Positions 8,922 to 16,872 of a stretch of 64,000 nucleotides of DNA are shown in pieces. The notes under the pieces were generated by a model that worked only from the letters and a program-made list of their open reading frames with translations, was not told where the DNA came from and ran no database searches. Made by a program: the position numbers and the translations under genes. Position 1 is the stretch's first letter. The number at the start of each line of letters is the position of its first letter. Origin of the DNA: Candidatus Micrarchaeota archaeon (GTDB lineage Archaea; Micrarchaeota; Micrarchaeia; Anstonellales; Bilamarchaeaceae); NCBI GenBank assembly GCA_040758235.1, contig JBFLVW010000059.1, forward strand, positions 81-64,080, written 5' to 3'.

Positions 8922-9686
8922 CTACCTGCTGCGCGCGCCTTCCCTTACAGCCTTGACCATTTCCTTTATCTTCGCGACCGAGCCCTCCTTCTCGAAAGCC
9001 GTCCCGACCTGCACTATGTCCGCGCCGGCCTTTATCACGCTCTTGGCCTGCTCGGCGCTCCGGATACCCCCGGCCGCGATGTACGGAATCGTTATGCTTT
9101 TCTTGACCGCGCTTACCATCTCGAGGGGTATGTGGCCCTGCTCTGGGTTGCTCCCGGCGTCCGTTATGAAGAACCGGAAGCCCATGTACTCCGCGGCCAT
9201 GCCGAATGCCGCGGCGATTTTGGGCTTGTTCCGGGGGATTCGCTTCGCGTCCCCCACCCAGCCGACCGTCCCTCCCGGCTCCACGACGACGTAGGCGACA
9301 GGAAGAGGCTCGATTCCGAAGTGCCTCACGACCGGCGCGGCGAGCATCTGGGCCTCGCTTATCCAGTAGGTGTTGCGGGAATTGAGCATGGACATGAAAT
9401 ATACGGCATCGGCATATTTGGTGAGGGTGCCTATGTTGCCCGGAAAAAGGACGACCGGCACCGAAACGTCCTGCTTTATGGCCTTCGCGACCGCGTCCAG
9501 CGTCTCGCCCTGGACGCCGGTGCTTCCCCCGATTAGTATCACGTCCGCGCCGCCCTCGCTCGCGTTCCCGGCCGTCTTTATGGCGTCCTCCGGCGACTTG
9601 TAGTCGAGGGGGTCTATCAGCGCGAAGAGGAGGCCTTTTTTCGCAGCGAGCCCCTCGTGGACGTACCTTTCGATTTTTCCTATCAT
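8922..9686 (-). CDS. Geranylgeranylglyceryl phosphate synthase (GGGP synthase, PcrB family)
   Basis: TIM-barrel PcrB/GGGPS-like sequence: GADVILIGGS, FPGNIG, YIAAGGIRSAEQA. Its ATG overlaps the stop of the upstream reductase by 1 nt. Confidence 0.9.
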   Translation of the reverse strand: MIGKIERYVHEGLAAKKGLLFALIDPLDYKSPEDAIKTAGNASEGGADVILIGGSTGVQGETLDAVAKAIKQDVSVPVVLFPGNIGTLTKYADAVYFMSMLNSRNTYWISEAQMLAAPVVRHFGIEPLPVAYVVVEPGGTVGWVGDAKRIPRNKPKIAAAFGMAAEYMGFRFFITDAGSNPEQGHIPLEMVSAVKKSITIPYIAAGGIRSAEQAKSVIKAGADIVQVGTAFEKEGSVAKIKEMVKAVREGARSR

Positions 9687-10762
9687 CAGAATCCCTCCGC
9701 GATGACGCTCCGTATCATGTGGGAGACGAGCGCCGGCCCCATCATCCGCGTGGGGCGGTCCATGTGGCCGTGGCTCGAGAGATAGCCATCGATATTGAGC
9801 TTCTTAAGCCTTCTGCCGAGCTCCGAGAGCTGGCGGTCCGTCCGCGAGGCGAGGTGGCGGTGGACTAGCGAGTGGATGAAGAGGTCCGGGCCGAACCTGG
9901 AGCGCCAGCTCCTCTCATAGCCGGCCGGGTCTGTGGCATGCCTGCCGGCAAGGGCCGCGCAGTTGCCCCCGAATATGACCCCTCCCCCCGTCGTGGACTT
10001 TACCTGCCCGGCCGCATCCCCCGCAAGAAGCACGCTCCTCCCCCCGAATTTCTTCGCCGACACGGGGCGCGTGGAGAGGGGTATCGCGGCGCCTCTCGGT
10101 TTTGGCGCATTTGCAACGCCCTTGAGCTTAAGCAGGCTCTCCCAGGCCTTCCGCGAGCTTGCCGAGGCCTCGACGCCGACTCCGAATTCCGCCGTGTATT
10201 CGTCGTGCGGGATTATCCACGCGAAGAAGCCCGGGAACATGGTATTCGACAGGAAAACCTCTACTACCGATGGGTCCTCGCTTTTGTAGCGGACTTCGGC
10301 CTGGAGAGTGGATGCGAACCGCCTTATCTTCGGGAATGAGAAATGCCTCGCGACGAAGGAGAAGGGGCCGTCGGCCCCGATTACGTGCTCCGAGCGGAAA
10401 GAGCCGGTTATCCGCTCCCCATACCGGAGGATTGCGCCCTCGCCCCCGGCAAGGGAGGAAAGGGCCATGTCCATACCGGCCCGGTCGCACACGAAACCCA
10501 CGGGCGTATCCCGCCTCACCGAGAGTACGGCGCCTGCAAGGCTTATGTCCGCGCCGTAAATAGGCCATTCCGCGTGCTTCCTGTAATCGAGAAACGGCAG
10601 GAGCGATTCCAGGCCGTCCCTCGAGAAGAGGCCGGAGCAGTTTTCCGGGGTCCCGGACACCGGGTGCTCCTCGGAAACGATGACGTCATGGCCGCATCTT
10701 GCCGCGCTTATCGCGGCGATGGAGCCTGCCGGGCCCGCCCCGACGACATGTATCCTGGCCAT
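9686..10762 (-). CDS. Geranylgeranyl reductase family FAD-dependent oxidoreductase
   Basis: FAD dinucleotide-binding N-terminus MARIHVVGAGPAGSIAAISAA. Length is about 359 aa from ATG 10762. The track ORF continues upstream to 10924 through a stop-free region. Confidence 0.85.
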   Translation of the reverse strand: MARIHVVGAGPAGSIAAISAARCGHDVIVSEEHPVSGTPENCSGLFSRDGLESLLPFLDYRKHAEWPIYGADISLAGAVLSVRRDTPVGFVCDRAGMDMALSSLAGGEGAILRYGERITGSFRSEHVIGADGPFSFVARHFSFPKIRRFASTLQAEVRYKSEDPSVVEVFLSNTMFPGFFAWIIPHDEYTAEFGVGVEASASSRKAWESLLKLKGVANAPKPRGAAIPLSTRPVSAKKFGGRSVLLAGDAAGQVKSTTGGGVIFGGNCAALAGRHATDPAGYERSWRSRFGPDLFIHSLVHRHLASRTDRQLSELGRRLKKLNIDGYLSSHGHMDRPTRMMGPALVSHMIRSVIAEGF

Positions 10763-10787
10763 ACGCTCAAGTTGGGTGGAAGTGTTT

Positions 10788-11993
10788 TTATTTGAGGAGC
10801 AGCCCCGCCGAGATGAGGACGAGGAGCGAGAGCGCCGCCGCGACGAGGCACGTCTGCGAGGGGTCCGGAGCCTCGGAGATGCCAAGCGGCCCCACCTCCA
10901 GGACGCTCTCGGCGCGCGCGTCATTGAAGGATGCGCTGAGGGGGACCCGGTAGGAAAACCCGTCCCGGAACAGGGAGTAGTTGAGCCCGTGGTACATCCG
11001 GAGGGTCTCGTATGGCTTGAGCAGGACCACCTGCGTCCCCTCCTTTCCGTAGCCGTCCGGCGCGATGAAGGAATACGTCCCGAAAACGTACTCCGGGCGG
11101 CTGTTTTCCATCACGACTTCGACGAGGTAGGTGCTGTTGTCGAGCGTGAGGCCCATGTCCACGCCTTTCCCATCCTCGGACTGGAAGGCCACTGAGACCG
11201 AGTCGTCGACCGCAAGAGCGGCATCCGGGTCTGTCGAGAGCAGGCTGTCGAAAGTCGAGGACTGGTCCGCGCCCTTCTGGACCGCGAGGTGGGTGTTGTC
11301 CAGTATGCCAGCCTGGCCGAATGTCGGGTCCGCCGGTATCCAGCCGTATCCGGGGAGGCGAATCTCGGCCCACGCATGGGGCTGCCACGCGTTAGCGTAG
11401 ACGTAGCCGCTCACATAGCGCGTCTCGAACCCCAGCGAGCGGGCCATCGAGATGAGGAGGTGCGAGTATTCCACGCAGACGCCCCGCTTCTGCGCGTAGG
11501 CCTCCTTCGCCGAATCGACCGAGCCCCAGTAGCTGAGGTCGTACTTGATGTATCCGTGCACCCAGTTGACGAGGTTCCTTATCGTCCTGAGCGAGGAGGA
11601 TTCGTCCATGAGCAGGAACGCCTGCGTCTCCATCTCCTCGTCCGCCTCCGTCAGGGGCGTCGATTCCAGATGCGTTCCGGAAGGCACGCTGTCTGTGGTG
11701 AGCCTCGTGTCGTAATCCACGTCCACTATCGCCCGGGCGACAATGGTCTGGTCGCCCTTCCCGCTGTATTTTGCCCAGACGGTCCCGTTTTCATCGGTAT
11801 GGAAGTCCATCTCCGGAGCGGAGTCGATGGAGAGTATCCTCTGGTTGCTGTCGTTGACGGCGACTGCGCCCGTGAAGTTGAACGGCGTGTCGCTTTCGAC
11901 CGTCCATGCGCGCTCGATGGTCATCCGCGCGTGGCCGAAGCTGTTCGCGAAGGACAGGCCGAGGAAAATCAAAAGTATTGCAAAACCCCTCAT
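10788..11993 (-). CDS. Transglutaminase-like domain protein with a signal peptide and C-terminal TM
   Basis: Transglutaminase-like Cys-His-Asp core: GVCVEYSHLLISMARSLGF...WQPHAWAEIRL...WIPADPT. N-terminal signal peptide and C-terminal hydrophobic helix. Start overlaps the purD stop (ATGA). Confidence 0.75.
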   Translation of the reverse strand: MRGFAILLIFLGLSFANSFGHARMTIERAWTVESDTPFNFTGAVAVNDSNQRILSIDSAPEMDFHTDENGTVWAKYSGKGDQTIVARAIVDVDYDTRLTTDSVPSGTHLESTPLTEADEEMETQAFLLMDESSSLRTIRNLVNWVHGYIKYDLSYWGSVDSAKEAYAQKRGVCVEYSHLLISMARSLGFETRYVSGYVYANAWQPHAWAEIRLPGYGWIPADPTFGQAGILDNTHLAVQKGADQSSTFDSLLSTDPDAALAVDDSVSVAFQSEDGKGVDMGLTLDNSTYLVEVVMENSRPEYVFGTYSFIAPDGYGKEGTQVVLLKPYETLRMYHGLNYSLFRDGFSYRVPLSASFNDARAESVLEVGPLGISEAPDPSQTCLVAAALSLLVLISAGLLLK

Positions 11994-13294
11994 GCCCCGC
12001 CGCCCCTGAGGCGCCTCATACGCTCCACCCTCTTACCGACAAGGCCGCCCGTCCCGATGTCCTTCCGGTGCCACACCGGGCCGCTTATGAAGCCGCATGC
12101 CTTTTCCGCTATCGCCTCCGCCTCATCGAGCGACTTTCCGCGCCCAAGAACCCCTAAGGAGCGCGAGCCGGTCGTGAGTATTTTTCCCTCCTTCTCGTAT
12201 ACGGAGGCGAAATACACCTTCGCGCCGGCTTGTTCGATTGAGACCGAGTCCAGGCCGATTGCAGCGTCCTTCTTGGGGTTGTCGGGGTAACCTTCGGGAA
12301 CGAGGTATTTGACTACTGTGCAGTCCTCCGAGAACGAGGGGGCCGCAAGCTTCCCCTCGGCCATCGAGAGGAACGCGTCGGTGAGCGAGCCTTCCATCAG
12401 GGCGATGACGTTCATCGCCTCCGGGTCGCCGAAGCGGGCGTTGAACTCCACGACGCGGACGCCGTGGGGCGTGGACATGAACTGGCCGTAAAGGACCCCG
12501 ATGAAGGGGAATCCCTCCTTCCTCATCGCATGGACCACGCCCTGCATTATCCCCCGCGCCTCATCCAGGTCCGATTCCTCCATGAAAGGAAGCATTTTTC
12601 CGGTCGAATACGAGCCCATCCCCCCGGTGTTCGGGCCGCGGTCGCCCTCGTAGGCCCTCTTGTGGTCCTGGACGGGCGGCATCGGCGCCGCGCGGACGCC
12701 GTCGCAGAACGCCTGGAATGTGAATTCCTCGCCGATAATCTTCTCCTCGATGAGCGCGCTCCCGTCCTTTTTCAGCAGCTCCATAACGTAAGCCATGCCA
12801 TCCTCCTCGTGGCCGAAGTGGTCGCCGCTGACTTTCACGCCTTTGCCCCCGGTCAGGCCGAGCGGCTTGATGGCGACATCGCCAAGCTCCCTCATCGCCC
12901 TCCTCGCGTCCGCGGCGCTCTTCACGACCTCGTGGCGGGGGGAGCCTTTTATGCGGTGGCGCTCGAGGAGGCCCCTCATGAACGACTTGTCCCACTCGAT
13001 TCGGGCGGCGGACTTCGTGGGGGAGGCGACGAGCATCCCGGCGGATGCCAGGGCGTCGCTCACGCCTGCCGCAAGCGTCGCGTCGGGGCTCGCGAACCCC
13101 AGGTCGAATTTCCTCCCTGAGACCGCCGCCAAAACCGCCTGCGCATCCTCGATGTCGGTTATCCAGTATTCCTTCGAGAGGTGCGCTATCGCCGGGTTCT
13201 TCCGGGACATCACTGAAAAAAGCTCGCAGTCGGCCGAGAGCTTCTCCGCTATGGCATGCTCCCTCGCCCCGTTGCCTACAAGCAGGACCTTCAT
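11990..13294 (-). CDS. purD: Phosphoribosylamine--glycine ligase
   Basis: MKVLLVGNGAREHAIAEKL N-terminus and ATP-grasp GARS motifs. ATG chosen at 13292-13294 (MKVLL). The track ORF extends to 13462. Confidence 0.9.
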   Translation of the reverse strand: MKVLLVGNGAREHAIAEKLSADCELFSVMSRKNPAIAHLSKEYWITDIEDAQAVLAAVSGRKFDLGFASPDATLAAGVSDALASAGMLVASPTKSAARIEWDKSFMRGLLERHRIKGSPRHEVVKSAADARRAMRELGDVAIKPLGLTGGKGVKVSGDHFGHEEDGMAYVMELLKKDGSALIEEKIIGEEFTFQAFCDGVRAAPMPPVQDHKRAYEGDRGPNTGGMGSYSTGKMLPFMEESDLDEARGIMQGVVHAMRKEGFPFIGVLYGQFMSTPHGVRVVEFNARFGDPEAMNVIALMEGSLTDAFLSMAEGKLAAPSFSEDCTVVKYLVPEGYPDNPKKDAAIGLDSVSIEQAGAKVYFASVYEKEGKILTTGSRSLGVLGRGKSLDEAEAIAEKACGFISGPVWHRKDIGTGGLVGKRVERMRRLRGGGA

Positions 13295-13296
13295 GT

Positions 13297-13509
13297 TCAC
13301 TTCCTCGCGTTTCCGAAAAGCTCGCGGAACGTGTCGCCGAATGATTTCTTCAGGGGCTGCTTTATCAGGAAGGAGCGGATTGTCGGGTACTGGCGTATTA
13401 TCTCGAAGGTGAAAAGGTACTGGCTGGCCTCCGGCATCCCTGAATCGTTTCCGGCATCCCACCTTCCGCCTCCGGACGAGGGCCGCTCTTTGCGGGTGCG
13501 ACGCTTCAT
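13297..13509 (-). CDS. Possible small ORF (70 aa) between the coiled-coil gene and purD
   Basis: Fills the gap exactly. Its start overlaps the upstream stop and its stop abuts the purD ATG. Third-position G/C is about 70%. No family assignment; could be non-coding. Confidence 0.25.
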   Translation of the reverse strand: MKRRTRKERPSSGGGRWDAGNDSGMPEASQYLFTFEIIRQYPTIRSFLIKQPLKKSFGDTFRELFGNARK

Positions 13510-14219
13510 TCGAACCTCCTCCGTATGTACCCTTCCCTGATGAGCATGTTGAGGCCCTCCTCTGCCCTCGTCACCGCGACGGAGTTCGCCTTGGAGAACT
13601 CGCGCACGTCTATCGTGCCCCCGTGAATCTTAATCCAGTTGTAGAGCGACTCCTTGAGGAGGTCGTCGCCCATCCCCGAGAGCTGGTTGAATTTTTTCTG
13701 CAGCTCGTCGCGCTTGCGCTCGCACTCGAGCAGTATCCTGGTGTTCGCCTCGCCCGAGCGGACGAGGTCCTCGTATTTGGCCTGCAGGTCGTTGTAGCGG
13801 TTCTGCGTCTCGGTCAGCTGGGTGGAGAATTCGAGCGCATCCCTGTCTATTATTTTGGACGTCTCGGAAAGCAGGGCGTTTATCGGGGTGAATATGCTGG
13901 TCGGCCGGACGTCGTAGTAGTCCTCGGAGACCTGCAGGATGTTCAGGAACGTCGGTATGAGGTCGAGGAGCCTCGCTATCTTGCTCCGCTTGGCCGAAAA
14001 GCTGTATACGAAGTCTATCGACTCGGGCTTGAACTCGATTCGGTACTCGAGGTAGGGCTTGCCCTGCAGGTCCGCCCCTTTTATCTTCTCGACGGAAAGG
14101 ACGTTCTTCGCGTACGATATCCTCGTGAAGCCGAGGCCTGACAGCAGCCCTGCCAGGCTTTTGAGCGGCTTCGCCTGCTTCGCCGCGACGGAAATCTTCT
14201 CCTCAGCCATTTCCATCAT
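13506..14219 (-). CDS. Coiled-coil protein with a C-terminal winged-helix-like region (237 aa); terminal gene of the ATPase module
   Basis: Central heptad-like stretch QLTETQNRYNDLQAKYEDLVRSGEANTRILLECERKRDELQKKFNQL. C-terminal region (VREFSKANSVAVTRAEEGLNMLIREGYI), wH-like. Start overlaps the ATPase C-terminus by 17 nt. Confidence 0.55.
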   Translation of the reverse strand: MMEMAEEKISVAAKQAKPLKSLAGLLSGLGFTRISYAKNVLSVEKIKGADLQGKPYLEYRIEFKPESIDFVYSFSAKRSKIARLLDLIPTFLNILQVSEDYYDVRPTSIFTPINALLSETSKIIDRDALEFSTQLTETQNRYNDLQAKYEDLVRSGEANTRILLECERKRDELQKKFNQLSGMGDDLLKESLYNWIKIHGGTIDVREFSKANSVAVTRAEEGLNMLIREGYIRRRFE

Positions 14220-15807
14220 CCTCCAGGACGACGTTCACCACGCCCTTCGTAGCCTTCCTCATTCGCACGAGGGAGAACACGCGTATCAGGTTCTTCTCGT
14301 CGATGCCCAGCTGGCGCAGGAAGGAGATTATGGAGGGCTTGGAATACCCGAACTTCTCCAGGATGGCGACGAGTTGCTCGCCGTCGAGCACCCCGTCCCC
14401 CCGCTCGAACTCGCCCTTTATCATGTTCAATTGGCTCTCGTTGAGCCCTATCTCGTAGAGCATCCGGACGAACTGCTCGCGCTCTATCTCGACCATCATC
14501 TCCCCACCTCGGATCTTGTAGATAAGGAGAGGCTCCTCCCCGTCAATCCTGTCCATCAGGAATGTCATGACCTTGGTCTGCCTCTCCGCGAATATCATGT
14601 TCACCGCGGCGTCCCCCACGCCGAACTTGGAAATCTCGCCGTCTATGAAGTCTGAGTATCCTATCGAGTTCCTGACGTAGTCCCTGTATTCCTTCAGGAT
14701 GAGCCTGAGGACGAATACCGAGCCGATGTTGCTGAAAATCGTCTTGTGCATGTCGGTCGGGTTCTGCGTCGCTATCACAAGCGAGAAGTTGTATTTTCTG
14801 CCCTCCCGGACGATGGTGATGACGTCGGAGCGCTCGTCCTGCGCTATCTTCCACGCCTCGTCGAGGACCACGAAAAGCCGGACGTGCTTGTTGTCCTTCT
14901 GCATCCCCTCGGAACGCATCAGCTCCTTGATGTACTGGAGTATCGTTAGGCCTGCAAGCGACCGGATTTCCTCGCTCGGGAGGTCATGCAGGTCGATGCA
15001 CACGAGGCCGCTGGTCGTCAGCTTCTTTATGTCCATCGTCGAGTTGCCTGCGAAGAAGTCGCTGCCCTCGGCCGTGAACCTCTTGAGCAGGCGGGCGGCC
15101 TTCCTCTTCCCGTGCTTCTCCAGGATGCGGACGACGGTCGCGAGCGTCGGCTTCTCGCATTTCCCGTCCTCGCATAATTCGTCGAGCACTTCCTTCATCT
15201 CGTCCGGGCCGAGCTTCCCCTCGGTCCTCAGCTTTTCCCTCTCCTTCTTCATCATCTTCAGGGAATCGCGGATGCTCGGCTTCTGGCTCCCTCCCTTGTA
15301 GTAGACGTATTCGAGGGCCTCTTCTATCTCGTCGCGCTCGTTGGGATAGCTCTTGAGGTCGAGGAGGGTGTCGAGAGCGGAGAGTATCTGCTTTATCCTG
15401 CTCCGCTTCGGCAGGCCCACGAGGTCGAGGATGTTGAGCTTCTCTTTCGCGAGGTTGATTATGCGCCCCCCTGCCTGCCTCACCCACTCGTTGTATTCCC
15501 CGACCCAGTCGAGGATTATGGCGTTCGTGTCCCATATCAGTGAGGCGCGGGTGAGGAACGTCTTGACGGTGTAGGATTTCCCGGACCCGGTAATGCCTAT
15601 AATCGCGATGTGCGGGTTAATCAGCTTGCTCGGGTCCCAGAAGACTGGGGTGCGCAGGTACCTGGTCTTTCCAATGTACACCCCCTGCGTGGGGGGCGAG
15701 AGGAGAAGCTCCTTGCGGGGCTCCGGGGGATGCACGAGAATCATCTTCCGCGCAATCTCCTTCGAGAGCATGTAAGACGGTTTCATCAGAAACTTTCCTC
15801 CGTGCAT
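14203..15807 (-). CDS. HerA/FtsK-VirB4-like P-loop ATPase (DUF87-type), 534 aa
   Basis: Walker A GITGSGKSYTVK and Walker B LFVVLDEAWKI. C-terminal roughly 100-aa extension. Two candidate ATG starts: 15807 (MHGG) and 15786 (MKPSY). The latter is preceded by GGAGG at a 10-nt spacing. Confidence 0.85.
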   Translation of the reverse strand: MHGGKFLMKPSYMLSKEIARKMILVHPPEPRKELLLSPPTQGVYIGKTRYLRTPVFWDPSKLINPHIAIIGITGSGKSYTVKTFLTRASLIWDTNAIILDWVGEYNEWVRQAGGRIINLAKEKLNILDLVGLPKRSRIKQILSALDTLLDLKSYPNERDEIEEALEYVYYKGGSQKPSIRDSLKMMKKEREKLRTEGKLGPDEMKEVLDELCEDGKCEKPTLATVVRILEKHGKRKAARLLKRFTAEGSDFFAGNSTMDIKKLTTSGLVCIDLHDLPSEEIRSLAGLTILQYIKELMRSEGMQKDNKHVRLFVVLDEAWKIAQDERSDVITIVREGRKYNFSLVIATQNPTDMHKTIFSNIGSVFVLRLILKEYRDYVRNSIGYSDFIDGEISKFGVGDAAVNMIFAERQTKVMTFLMDRIDGEEPLLIYKIRGGEMMVEIEREQFVRMLYEIGLNESQLNMIKGEFERGDGVLDGEQLVAILEKFGYSKPSIISFLRQLGIDEKNLIRVFSLVRMRKATKGVVNVVLEDDGNG

Positions 15808-15991
15808 ACTCCGGTTAAAGTTTCATCAAACTTCATCCGTACAGACTCCGTATATACGATTCCAAACTTCATGAGGCGAACCCCGGTTCTGACCAAAATT
15901 TCCTGAGGCGTGCACCAAAAATTTATCGGCGTAAATGTATCTCTATGGGGCTATATAAACTTTTGGTGGGGCGGCTCGCGGAAACGGAAGC
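15808..15991. promoter_or_regulatory. Upstream leader/promoter region of the ATPase gene with a TATA-like box and repeated motifs
   Basis: TATATAAA at 15952-15959. Perfect palindrome CGTATATACG at 15849-15858. Repeated minus-strand motif ATGAAGTTT at 15828-15836 and 15864-15872, with related copies at 15817-15826 and 15789-15797. Confidence 0.35.
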
Positions 15992-16774
15992 CTAAAAGAG
16001 CGCGTCCCGGATCTCTTCCTGGGTGGTCGGGAAGAAGAAGTCCCACTCGAAGCACTTCAGCATCTCCAGGTCCGAAAGCTCCCGGACGTCGCACCCCAGC
16101 GAGCTCGACAGGATTGTGCGCAGCTCCTTGGACTGCCTGCTCACCCTGCTCAAAGCCTCGTCCCTTGTCAGCCCGAAGGCAGTCGTGGAGGCGAAGGCGA
16201 TTACTTCGACCGGCCGCTCGCCCTGGGTTATCCTGTCCAGCAGGCGGTTCCAGTAGGCGAGCTCCCTGTCCATCCTCATGTTCTCGTCGAGGGCTATCTT
16301 GGACTCCTTGGCCTTCTTGGCTTCGACCGCCCCGCGCTTGGTCTTTATCTCGTCGATGTGCTTGGAGAGGTCGAGCGTGCTTATCATCAGTGTGACCTTG
16401 ACGATGTATTTGAGCGAGCTGACGGCCTTCTCGAAGGAGTCGAACATTGTGCGCTTCTCGTCCGCGCTCTTGTCCATGCTGCTCTCGTAGAACCTGACCT
16501 CGAGGAACTTGGATGCGAAATAGCCGTTCTCGTTCTTCTTGATGATGTAGTCCCTTGTGGGCGGGACCTCGTAGCCGGCATGAACCTCGACGACGTTCGT
16601 CGCCTTGGTGAAGACCGGGATTATCAGGTAGCCGTATTTCCACAGCAAAAGCGTTAGTGTGAAGAAGACCGCCGCGGCTATCGGGAGGAGCGGGTTCCCG
16701 TAGACGAGCGAGATTATGATGGCGAGGACGCCCCCCAGCAGGGAGACGGCGGTTACTGCCCTGTTCATGAACAT
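15992..16774 (-). CDS. Bitopic membrane protein (two N-terminal TM helices plus a cytoplasmic coiled-coil domain), 260 aa
   Basis: TM helices at residues 5-26 and 29-55, followed by a charged soluble domain. ATG start confirmed. Lies between the polytopic membrane protein and the ATPase. Confidence 0.6.
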   Translation of the reverse strand: MFMNRAVTAVSLLGGVLAIIISLVYGNPLLPIAAAVFFTLTLLLWKYGYLIIPVFTKATNVVEVHAGYEVPPTRDYIIKKNENGYFASKFLEVRFYESSMDKSADEKRTMFDSFEKAVSSLKYIVKVTLMISTLDLSKHIDEIKTKRGAVEAKKAKESKIALDENMRMDRELAYWNRLLDRITQGERPVEVIAFASTTAFGLTRDEALSRVSRQSKELRTILSSSLGCDVRELSDLEMLKCFEWDFFFPTTQEEIRDALF

Positions 16775-16872
16775 ATACCATGATTTGGATTACAGGATTT
16801 AAAAAGCCGCTACCAGCCCATCCGACTACTCGCGATGCGACGGGGGTATACGCGCAAGATGTCCGGCAGATG

